A DNA stretch of 64,000 bases from an uncultured Gammaproteobacteria bacterium (lineage in GTDB: Bacteria > Patescibacteriota > Patescibacteriia > Magasanikbacterales > GWA2-37-8), in contig CAZEEW010000001.1 of the NCBI GenBank assembly GCA_964511375.1, forward strand, positions 70,512-134,511, read 5' to 3'. Under the pieces are notes generated by a model. That model saw only the letters and a list, made by a program, of their open reading frames with translations. It was not told the origin of the DNA and searched no databases. The first letter of the stretch is position 1; each line of letters begins with the position of its first letter. A program made the translations under genes and the position numbers. Positions 29,139 to 36,650 of the stretch are shown here, one piece after another.

Positions 29139-30860
29139 CTATTCTTTAGTTACACGTAGTATTTCACTAATTGTGGTAATGCCAATTTTGGCTTTAATCA
29201 AGCCATCTTCTAACATTGTCAACATGCCGTGTTCGCGGGCATAATTTTTAATTTCCTCAGCGGTGCCACGATTGTTAATGATTTGGGTTAGTTTATCGTC
29301 GATTTCCAAAACTTCGTAAATACCTTGTCGTCCCTTATACCCAGTGTCGCCGCATCTTCGGCAGCCCGTGCCTTGGTAAAAAATCATACTGGCCAGGTTT
29401 TTTTCTTTTATCTTAATATCTCCGTATTTTGTAAATAGTTCTCCCATCTTTTTAACATCGAATATCTTCAAGAGGTCAGCAATCGCGGCTTTATCTAACT
29501 TGTATTCTTTTTTACAGTGTGGACAGATTTTTCTGACTAAACGTTGAGCAATAATAATGTTAGCGGTAAAGGCGACCAAGAAAGGCGGAACACCCATGTC
29601 TGTTAGGCGAGGTAGGGCGGTCGGTGCGTCATTTGTATGCAGTGTCGACAATACCAAGTGTCCAGTCATGGCCGAATGAATAGCGATCTCAGCAGTTTCT
29701 TCATCGCGGATTTCTCCGACCATGATAACATTCGGGTCCTGACGTAATAAGGAGCGCAAGCCTGAAGCAAAGGTAAATCCTACTTTGGGATTAATTTGGC
29801 TTTGGTTTACCCCAGCAACGCGGTACTCGATCGGGTCTTCGATGGTTGAAATGTTTACACCCGGTTGGTTTAAAATACCAAGAACAGAATACAAGGTTGT
29901 GGTTTTACCAGAACCAGTCGGACCGGTAACCAAGATCATGCCGTGCGGTTTCTTAATAGCGGATTCAACAATTTCTTTAATTTTTGGTAAAAACCCAAGC
30001 TGATCCAAAGTTAATGGTTTTGTTCCTTCATGTAGCAGGCGCATAACAATCTTTTCACCATCATATACTGGTAGAATAGACACACGAAAAGCCAACTTCT
30101 CATCCTGCACTTGTATTTTAAAGCGCCCGTCCTGTGGCACCATGTGCTCATCTAGCTTTAGATTAGCCAAAATCTTGATTCTTGCAATAATACCATTTTG
30201 AATCGCTTTTGGTAGGGTCATGACAGGTTTTAAGACGCCATCAATGCGGTAACGAATAGTCACCTCTTTTTCGCCAGGCTCCATGTGAATATCTGAAGCA
30301 TTTTCGTAAACTGCGTGCTCTAAAATACTATTCACGATATTTACTACTGGCAATTCTTCCGCTGCCTTTTTTAGGTCCTTGGCGTTTATCGTCCCAGTTG
30401 GGTCAGTAACAATTTTCAAATCATCTTCCAGCTCCGCATGATAACGGCGTAGAGCATCTTTGAGATCAGACGGTGTGGTAATAAACACGTTCGGTTCTAA
30501 TCCAGTTTTACGACGCAGGAATTCGATTGTTTGAATATCGGTCGGATCAGTCATGGCCAGTTTTAGTTCAGTCGCGTCTTTGTCAAAAGCAACAACCTGG
30601 TGAGTGCCAGCCAGAGGACCAGGAATAAGATTCAAAATTTCTTTTTTAATTTCTTTTCCTTTTAAACCAATAAATGGGAAATCCAAATACTTTCCAGCCT
30701 TTTCATAAAGCTCTTCTTCAGAAATTTCTCCTTCTGCAACCAGGGCGTCTTCCAACTCCTTATTTTGTTTTTCAGCTTTAGTAGATACCGAGCGTAAAGC
30801 CGAAGTAGAAATAAGTTTATACTTTTTAATAACTTCTTTTAGTGTGTCTGTAGGTAACAT
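29139..30860 (-). CDS. pilB: Type IV pilus assembly ATPase PilB (GspE family).
   Basis: It has Walker A (GPTGSGKTTT), the Asp/His boxes and a tetracysteine motif (CPHC...CRRC). Confidence 0.9.
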   Translation of the reverse strand: MLPTDTLKEVIKKYKLISTSALRSVSTKAEKQNKELEDALVAEGEISEEELYEKAGKYLDFPFIGLKGKEIKKEILNLIPGPLAGTHQVVAFDKDATELKLAMTDPTDIQTIEFLRRKTGLEPNVFITTPSDLKDALRRYHAELEDDLKIVTDPTGTINAKDLKKAAEELPVVNIVNSILEHAVYENASDIHMEPGEKEVTIRYRIDGVLKPVMTLPKAIQNGIIARIKILANLKLDEHMVPQDGRFKIQVQDEKLAFRVSILPVYDGEKIVMRLLHEGTKPLTLDQLGFLPKIKEIVESAIKKPHGMILVTGPTGSGKTTTLYSVLGILNQPGVNISTIEDPIEYRVAGVNQSQINPKVGFTFASGLRSLLRQDPNVIMVGEIRDEETAEIAIHSAMTGHLVLSTLHTNDAPTALPRLTDMGVPPFLVAFTANIIIAQRLVRKICPHCKKEYKLDKAAIADLLKIFDVKKMGELFTKYGDIKIKEKNLASMIFYQGTGCRRCGDTGYKGRQGIYEVLEIDDKLTQIINNRGTAEEIKNYAREHGMLTMLEDGLIKAKIGITTISEILRVTKE

Positions 30861-30930
30861 AAAAATCGCAAAATTTTTGCAATTTAATTATATCACATTA
30901 TAGAGTTATGATGAAGTAAGAAAAATATAT

Positions 30931-30942
30931 TTGTGGTATACT
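30931..30942 (+). promoter_or_regulatory. Extended -10 promoter element (TGTGGTATACT) upstream of GC-rich island A.
   Basis: It is nearly identical to the extended -10 element at 7296 (TGTGGTATAGT). It sits about 10 nt before the GC-rich segment. Confidence 0.4.
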
Positions 30943-30977
30943 CTAAGTGAGATGCTGGCTCGGAGAGGAGGTGAGCG

Positions 30978-31208
30978 ATGAGCCAGTTCAAGCGAGGTCT
31001 ACCACCCGACCTCAAAGCAATGGGTGGCCAGGTTTTCTGCCGGGAGCGGTTTGGTACAATCGTCGGTTACTCAACCGACGCCGCTCGAGGCAGACGGACT
31101 CTTCTTGTTCTCCAGGTCGTTCCTGGGTTCGGGGCGCAGGTGCTCCGGATTTCGGAGAATGACCACGATCTCTCGCGTGTGAGACTGGCGACGGCTTCGC
31201 CATGCTAG
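30978..31208 (+). CDS. GC-rich small hypothetical protein of 76 aa (island A).
   Basis: A strong SD (GGAGAGGAGG) lies 6 nt before the ATG. Third-position GC is elevated. It is preceded by a nine-codon upstream ORF (MLARRGGER) whose stop overlaps the start as ATGA. It could alternatively be a structured RNA. Confidence 0.35.
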   Translation: MSQFKRGLPPDLKAMGGQVFCRERFGTIVGYSTDAARGRRTLLVLQVVPGFGAQVLRISENDHDLSRVRLATASPC

Positions 31209-31313
31209 CCCCACGCGATAAGAAGGAGGCCTCGTGGCCTGCCTGATTCTCTTTGGCGCCGTTAAACACCTCGCGGCGCCCCTTCATTAAAAAAAATAAT
31301 TAGCCGCCCTGAT

Positions 31314-31736
31314 TTAAGAGCGGCTATTGTTAAATATTTGTTCAATCAGAACGGGTAAATTGTCTGGCGTGGCGTAAGTGAAAATCTCTACTTCCGTATT
31401 GCCCTTAATCATAGCGGATAATTTGTAGGTGTCCTTGCCTTGGTAAAGACAGACAACTCGTTTTTTTTCGTTCAAAGCCTGAGCTATTTCATATCCTACA
31501 CCCAAGCTTGGTGTGGTTACTTCAGCAATTACAACATTACTATTTAAAATGTTTTTCATTTCTCTGTCATGAATTTCCTCTTTACTTAGGTCGGTTTCCC
31601 CGTATACAGTAATATTTTCGTCAGCGACCTGAGCAGATAAAACTCGGCCGTATTTTTGTAGTTCCCCAACTATTGTTGCATATATTGGCAACATGGCCCG
31701 TCCGCCCCGTATCGAACCAGTAAAGAAGATGTTCAT
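31314..31736 (-). CDS. Nucleoside 2-deoxyribosyltransferase-like (PF05014/Rcl-like) protein.
   Basis: It is 140 aa with the N-terminus MNIFFTGSIRGG, which is typical of the NDT/DNPH1 fold. A putative terminator hairpin (TAGCCGC...GCGGCTA) overlaps the stop codon. Confidence 0.45.
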   Translation of the reverse strand: MNIFFTGSIRGGRAMLPIYATIVGELQKYGRVLSAQVADENITVYGETDLSKEEIHDREMKNILNSNVVIAEVTTPSLGVGYEIAQALNEKKRVVCLYQGKDTYKLSAMIKGNTEVEIFTYATPDNLPVLIEQIFNNSRS

Positions 31737-31747
31737 AAAACTTAATG

Positions 31748-32539
31748 TTAATATCTTGGCGTATTGCTTAATTCCCAGATAAATTGAAATAAATTAGATT
31801 GCATTGTAATCAGGTTTTGATCTTCCAGTAAGAGTATGATGGGTTCGCGTCCATCGTGAGTAACGTAAAGCATTTTGGAATTATAAAGGTAAATGTCTTG
31901 GGTGGCAATCTTAAGGTTGTTTGGCCCGAGACGATGCCAAGTATAGTCATTAAGCGGTTGCTTTCTTATCCATTCCAAACTAGCAGTGCTATTTTCCACT
32001 AAAATATTGAGCGGCAGACGCTTATTAAGCCTTCTGACTTCAAAATCTTCTTGCACTTCTAAGCCGGGAATTTTTGGCGTACCAATATGTTTGTAATAAT
32101 AAATTATCTTAGGGTTAGAGCGCAAGATGTCTTCTAAGGCTGATTGGTAACCATGAATACCTTGAAAGATCGATGTGTCCGGTCGTTTAGACGAAAGACG
32201 GTAAGCAGCTTTTAGTTCAGGAATAATCTCCTGGATAGTTAGAGTGGTGTTTTTGAATTCCTGCCCGCGTTTGTCTAGCAATTCATATAACCGGTCGGGG
32301 TTTTCCACAATATATTCTGTTCGCCAACCCGCCTTTTCTCGTGTAACAAGGCCGGCTTCTTGTAAATTGTTTAGAACATAATACAATATGGTACGCGGGA
32401 AAGGTGTGCGTACTTGTAGTTCTTGTACTGTGCTTTTGGGATGCGTCAATAATAAAGAGTAAAGCAGGGACTCATTCTCCCCCAGCCCTAAATTCCGCAG
32501 GGCCTCTACCACCCGACTTTTTGTTTGTTTTTTAGCCAT
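31748..32539 (-). CDS. TrmB-family transcriptional regulator, a paralog of the gene at 10939-11676.
   Basis: It has an N-terminal wHTH (ESLLYSLLLTHPKSTVQELQVRTPFPRTILYYVLNNLQEAGLV) and a TrmB-like C-terminus. Confidence 0.55.
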   Translation of the reverse strand: MAKKQTKSRVVEALRNLGLGENESLLYSLLLTHPKSTVQELQVRTPFPRTILYYVLNNLQEAGLVTREKAGWRTEYIVENPDRLYELLDKRGQEFKNTTLTIQEIIPELKAAYRLSSKRPDTSIFQGIHGYQSALEDILRSNPKIIYYYKHIGTPKIPGLEVQEDFEVRRLNKRLPLNILVENSTASLEWIRKQPLNDYTWHRLGPNNLKIATQDIYLYNSKMLYVTHDGREPIILLLEDQNLITMQSNLFQFIWELSNTPRY

Positions 32540-32822
32540 ATGCGCTAGAATAACAGCTTTTTAATTATTTGTCAAATACATATTTACAATCTCATGCCTG
32601 GACTATTGCTAGGTATCCAAAAGTCTGCTATTATAAACGATCATCTTCAAAAAAAGAAGATGTTCAAATAATATTTACAAGCTCCTTAAAATTCGCAAAA
32701 AAGGCAAATTCAATCTGGCGAACCAACATTTTCTTTTAATTTTAGAAAAAAATGCTGGCTCGCCAGAAGGTCGTTCCTCACGGTGGGGGATGACTGGAAG
32801 GTAAGTTGGAAAGGAAAAAGAG

Positions 32823-33986
32823 ATGGAGTCGGTCCGTCTCTTGTCCTGGAGCTTCGTTCACGTGCTCCAGATGATTCTCAACCTCGCCCGGCGCGGCGGG
32901 GTCGACTTCTCCAACCCCGGTCTCCTCCGTGAGGCCCTGAACATCCGGGCCTGGGAGGCCCTCGACGAGTTGGGGCGCGACCCCAAACACTTGTGGCGGC
33001 TTACGCCGCCCCTGCACCAGGTTTACTCTCGGGCCCTGGCTTACGGAGCTGGGGACAGGTGTAGCCATAATCAGGTCTACATGGCAGCCGAACAAGCCAC
33101 CAGTCTCGCCGAGGTAGCACTCGGTGAGGTGGGGTACAGTTGGCTGTCGCGGCGTCAGGTTGCTGCTCAGCTGATCTACGCACTGGCGAATGAGATCCAG
33201 GGCGATCCGCACGCCCTGGACGCAGCCGAGCGTCAGTCCCGCTCCGAGGCCTTCCTCCGGGAGTTCTACGGGTGCGGGTGGGACGACCCCGACCCCGAGC
33301 TCCAGAAGGAAGTTGAGTACTACGAGCGCCAGCTCGGGGTGCTCTACTGCCTCAGGGCGATCGCGGTGCTCACCGAGCATCCCGAGCTCGACCTCGTCGA
33401 GCTGACCCGCCAGGGCCTCATGAAGTACGGGGTCGTGGACACCCGGGGCCGCCGGGTGTGCTACTGGTGCTCCGGTGCCCCCTGCGTCTGCGGTGGGCGG
33501 AAGGGCGGGATGAAGGCCCGCCGGCCGGAGATCACCTCCGACCTCGTCTGGGCCCGGGGACTGCCGGAGATGGACCAGCACATGGTCGTCTACGGCGTGT
33601 CTCGGAACTCGGCCATCAACGCCCTCGCGGGTGTGGTTCGCTCCCTGTCGGAGGACGGTGGGGAGTACGGATGGATCAACCTCATGTCCCGCTGTGGCGG
33701 GACGAACCGGGGAATCCAAGAGAGGCTCGGCTGCCTCTACCTCGGCAGCAGCCGGCACCCCCGCATGGCGGCCAAGAAGTTCGACGCCGAGGGCGTGCCT
33801 CTCATCGAGGGGCTCTACTCGGAGGCGGCGGACGCCGTCGTCTCCTGGCCCTGCCTCGTGACACAGGCCTTCGGTCTGCAGTTCACAAGGTCGGTCTTAC
33901 TCGGTCTCCAGCACATGGCCGATGGCGCCGGGGTCACGCTCGAGACCCCAGACGATCTGACCCGGACCATCCCGGTCCGCGAGTAG
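32823..33986 (+). CDS. GC-rich hypothetical protein of 387 aa (island B, gene 1).
   Basis: It has a strong GC3 codon bias in this frame. The SD-like AGGAAAAAGAG precedes the ATG. It has a Cys cluster (CYWCSGAPCVCGG). I recognised no domain. The overlapping antisense ORFs are composition artifacts. Confidence 0.55.
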   Translation: MESVRLLSWSFVHVLQMILNLARRGGVDFSNPGLLREALNIRAWEALDELGRDPKHLWRLTPPLHQVYSRALAYGAGDRCSHNQVYMAAEQATSLAEVALGEVGYSWLSRRQVAAQLIYALANEIQGDPHALDAAERQSRSEAFLREFYGCGWDDPDPELQKEVEYYERQLGVLYCLRAIAVLTEHPELDLVELTRQGLMKYGVVDTRGRRVCYWCSGAPCVCGGRKGGMKARRPEITSDLVWARGLPEMDQHMVVYGVSRNSAINALAGVVRSLSEDGGEYGWINLMSRCGGTNRGIQERLGCLYLGSSRHPRMAAKKFDAEGVPLIEGLYSEAADAVVSWPCLVTQAFGLQFTRSVLLGLQHMADGAGVTLETPDDLTRTIPVRE

Positions 33987-34187
33987 TCGCCTCGCCGGCT
34001 GTCCTTCGGGGCGGTCGGTGGGCATGGTTTAGAGGTGGGGCGTTTCTCTTAGGGGAGACGCTTGCGCCTCCCCTATCCCAGTATTTCTTAATTCAAGGAA
34101 TGTTGAGATAGGAGGCTCGTAGACCGACGTGTTTTCGTTGGGCGCTCGGTTGAGCGCACGGCGAAACACCAAACAGAGGGAGGACAA

Positions 34188-34547
34188 ATGGTCCACAAGG
34201 ATCTCAGAATCGAGCTGGTGCTCGGCGGCGTCACTTTTATCATCGTTGGCTTCCTCGAGGCAGGCGAGGAAGTGATCACCGGTGATGAAATGAAGCGTCG
34301 GCTGGCGGCCCGCTCCTTGCGGCTCATCCACGGGGCGGATTTCGAGCACTTCTCTCGCTACCGCGAGGATTTGCCGAAAGAACTCCGACCTCACCTACTG
34401 GCCACAGACCAGTGTGCTCCAGAGTGCCAGAAAGAGACGACCGTCTTCGAGTTCTTCGAAGATGTGGAAGTGTGGCACTCGTTCTGGCACAACCTTTGCG
34501 GCCCGACATGGGGCCACAACGTCTTGGCGGTGTGCTGTTGTGTGTAG
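34188..34547 (+). CDS. GC-rich hypothetical protein of 119 aa (island B, gene 2).
   Basis: The SD is GAGGGAGG, 5 nt before the ATG. It has GC3 bias. It is followed by a 14-bp GC hairpin. Confidence 0.45.
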   Translation: MVHKDLRIELVLGGVTFIIVGFLEAGEEVITGDEMKRRLAARSLRLIHGADFEHFSRYREDLPKELRPHLLATDQCAPECQKETTVFEFFEDVEVWHSFWHNLCGPTWGHNVLAVCCCV

Positions 34548-34555
34548 GAGGGAGC

Positions 34556-34600
34556 GGTGCCGGCGGGGGACCCCCCGCCGGCACCCGTAGTCCCTTTTAA
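34556..34600 (+). terminator. Strong GC hairpin terminator closing island B.
   Basis: The stem is GGTGCCGGCGGGGG-a-CCCCCGCCGGCACC (14 bp), followed by a T-rich tract. Confidence 0.6.
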
Positions 34601-34691
34601 TTTAAATCACTAGCGTTGTTTTATTATAACTTACCTCTTGATGTACTAAATAATTATTTGTGATATACTTCATTTATTCTAATTCTTAATT

Positions 34692-35315
34692 ATGACCCCC
34701 AACAAAATACAGGAGATCATCACGTTTTTAAATCGTGCTAATGAGCTAAAAGCTGTACCACGGTTCAGTGCTTCTTTAAAAGAAGGTGGAGATACAGTTG
34801 CCGAGCATTCTTGGCGACTAGCTCTCATGACATTTATCATCGCCCAAGAATGTAATTTAGATATCAATCTTGAGAAGGCTTTAGTTTTTTCGCTTTTGCA
34901 CGACTTGGCTGAAGCCAAAACCGGAGATATCGACGGGTATTTGGTCGCCACTCAAAAAGTATCTCTGAAAGATAAAGAAGCGGCTGAAGAAAATGCCATG
35001 CATGAAATGACCGATGATCTTTCCTTTGGTGAATGGATTTACCATATTTGGGAGGAATATGAAAAACAAGAGATAATTGAAGCTAAATTGGTTAAAGCTC
35101 TCGATAAAATTGAAGCCTACTTGCATATTATGGATACAGGCGTAGAGGCTTATATACCAACAGAGTTTCATGCCGACTATGCAGATAAAGCTGTGGCTGC
35201 TTTCGACGCCGCTACTTCTCATTTCCCCGAGCTTAAGGACTTATTAGAAGCTGTAAAAATCGCTTTAAGGGAAAAACTTGAGGCCCGAGGAGTTAGTTGG
35301 GAGAGCAAAGTCTAA
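34692..35315 (+). CDS. HD-domain phosphohydrolase, YfbR-like 5'-deoxynucleotidase.
   Basis: The HD motif is HSWRLALMTF...LLHDLAEAKTGDID. Confidence 0.7.
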   Translation: MTPNKIQEIITFLNRANELKAVPRFSASLKEGGDTVAEHSWRLALMTFIIAQECNLDINLEKALVFSLLHDLAEAKTGDIDGYLVATQKVSLKDKEAAEENAMHEMTDDLSFGEWIYHIWEEYEKQEIIEAKLVKALDKIEAYLHIMDTGVEAYIPTEFHADYADKAVAAFDAATSHFPELKDLLEAVKIALREKLEARGVSWESKV

Positions 35316-35325
35316 ATATAATTTT

Positions 35326-35901
35326 ATGGCAAATTCGGAAATAGAAATCAAAGTTAATATTGAAAACATGGATAATTTAACAAAGTTTTTAGAAGAAAAT
35401 GCCATGTTTAAATTGTCCACCCGTCAGATTGATGAATACTTTAATGCCCCAGATAGAGATTTTTTGGCTATCCGTCCGGTTACTGAATGGTTGCGTCTTC
35501 GGCAGACCAGAGAGGCGGTTCTGATAACTTACAAAAAGGCGCACTATACTACGGAGGGGAAGCTGAATTTCCGTGACGAGTTTGAAACTATAGTTGGTGA
35601 CATCGATCAAGCCAGAAAAATTCTTTTGTCTCTTGGTTATACTCCATTGGTTACAGTTAACAAAGTTCGCAAAATCTGGCGTTACCAGGAGTATGAAGTA
35701 GCCCTAGATGAAGTACAGGGATTAGGGATATTTGTAGAAATTGAGTATAAAGGTGAAGACCCAAGCAACCCAAAGTTAATCACTGACCAAATGATTGAGT
35801 TTTTACGGAAAGTTGATTGTGGAGAGATCAAACGGCACCACTCTGGTTACCCTTACATTATGCTTCTTCCTAGTGAGGCGCGTTACGATGTTATAACATA
35901 A
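35326..35901 (+). CDS. CYTH-domain protein (class IV adenylate cyclase / triphosphatase-like).
   Basis: The EIEIKV N-terminal signature (SEIEIKVNI) is present and the protein is about 190 aa. I chose the internal Met as the start to avoid a 38-nt overlap; the ORF track start is 35278. Confidence 0.6.
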   Translation: MANSEIEIKVNIENMDNLTKFLEENAMFKLSTRQIDEYFNAPDRDFLAIRPVTEWLRLRQTREAVLITYKKAHYTTEGKLNFRDEFETIVGDIDQARKILLSLGYTPLVTVNKVRKIWRYQEYEVALDEVQGLGIFVEIEYKGEDPSNPKLITDQMIEFLRKVDCGEIKRHHSGYPYIMLLPSEARYDVIT

Positions 35902-35914
35902 GTTTAGTAAACAA

Positions 35915-35937
35915 AATCCCGGCTATTAGCCGGGATT
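35915..35937. terminator. Bidirectional terminator between the CYTH gene and sodA.
   Basis: The hairpin is AATCCCGGC-tatta-GCCGGGATT, with T-tracts on both strands. Confidence 0.6.
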
Positions 35938-35942
35938 TAAGT

Positions 35943-36524
35943 TTAAAATAACTTTAGTACTTTCCACCAGTTTTCTATATAATCTTGCCTTCGGTTTTGG
36001 TATTTTAGGTAATAGGCATGTTCCCAGAGGTCGAGTCCTATAATGGGTGTGTGGCCAAGGGAAAGAGGTGAATCCTGATTAGGCAAAGAATACATTTTTA
36101 ATTTGTCATTTTCGTCACGCACCAACCAACTCCAACCGCTGCCGAAATGAGCAAGAGAAAGTTTGTTAAACTCTTCCTTAAAATTGTCCAAAGAACCCCA
36201 AGTCTCTTCAATTTTTTTAACTAACATTTCGTCAGTTTGCTTTTCTGGCCCCATGATGAGCCAATACAGGTTGTGATTAACAAACCCACCGCCATTATTT
36301 CTTATCTTCACTCGATCTCCCTCATCGACAGAAACATTTTTAATATCTGTGAGTATTTCTTCCGCCGTTTTTTCTGTTAGTTCTGAATATTTATTAACAA
36401 GTTCTTGGAAATTATCTAAATACTTTTGATGGTGCTTGGTATAATGTACCTCCATAGTTTTAGCATCAATGTACGGCTCAAGCGCATTATAACTATATGG
36501 TAATAGTACTAAAGAGTGTTGCAT
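35943..36524 (-). CDS. sodA: Fe/Mn superoxide dismutase.
   Basis: The N-terminus is LPYSYNALEPYIDAKTMEVHYTKHHQ, and the C-terminal motif is DLWEHAYY. Confidence 0.9.
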   Translation of the reverse strand: MQHSLVLLPYSYNALEPYIDAKTMEVHYTKHHQKYLDNFQELVNKYSELTEKTAEEILTDIKNVSVDEGDRVKIRNNGGGFVNHNLYWLIMGPEKQTDEMLVKKIEETWGSLDNFKEEFNKLSLAHFGSGWSWLVRDENDKLKMYSLPNQDSPLSLGHTPIIGLDLWEHAYYLKYQNRRQDYIENWWKVLKLF

Positions 36525-36619
36525 AAATGTATTCTTAGTAAATTTTAAATAGTATACATATTTAGTATGAATCTATCATAATGCAAAAGTGAAGCGAAGT
36601 CAAATATGTTTGTCATAAA

Positions 36620-36646
36620 GAAAACCCACGCTCTTAGCGTGGGTTA
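36620..36646 (-). terminator. Terminator downstream of recA.
   Basis: The hairpin is AACCCACGC-tctta-GCGTGGGTT, followed by a T-tract on the minus strand. Confidence 0.6.
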
Positions 36647-36650
36647 AAGT

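Noticed and set aside
31012-31287. A 91-aa minus-strand ORF in island A.
   Set aside because: It has no SD and its start lies in an AT-rich stretch. The plus-strand ORF has a near-perfect SD and a host promoter in the correct orientation.
30947-31290. Island A as RNase P RNA, tmRNA or SRP RNA.
   Set aside because: I searched both strands by eye for the P4 consensus (AGGAAAGUCCGG / ACAGAAxCCGGCUUA). I also looked for a tmRNA tRNA-like 3' end (GGUUCGAnUCC...CCA) and for the SRP domain IV motif. None was found. I kept the region as a possible small CDS with an unclassified-RNA alternative.
32778-34584. Long antisense or alternate-frame ORFs inside island B (32778-33758 on the minus strand, 33458-34111 on the plus strand, 34029-34394 on the minus strand, 34324-34584 on the minus strand, and others).
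   Set aside because: High-GC DNA yields long stop-free frames on several strands. These ORFs have Ala/Arg/Pro-heavy composition and no SD. The 32823-33986 and 34188-34547 frames carry the GC3 periodicity and the SDs.
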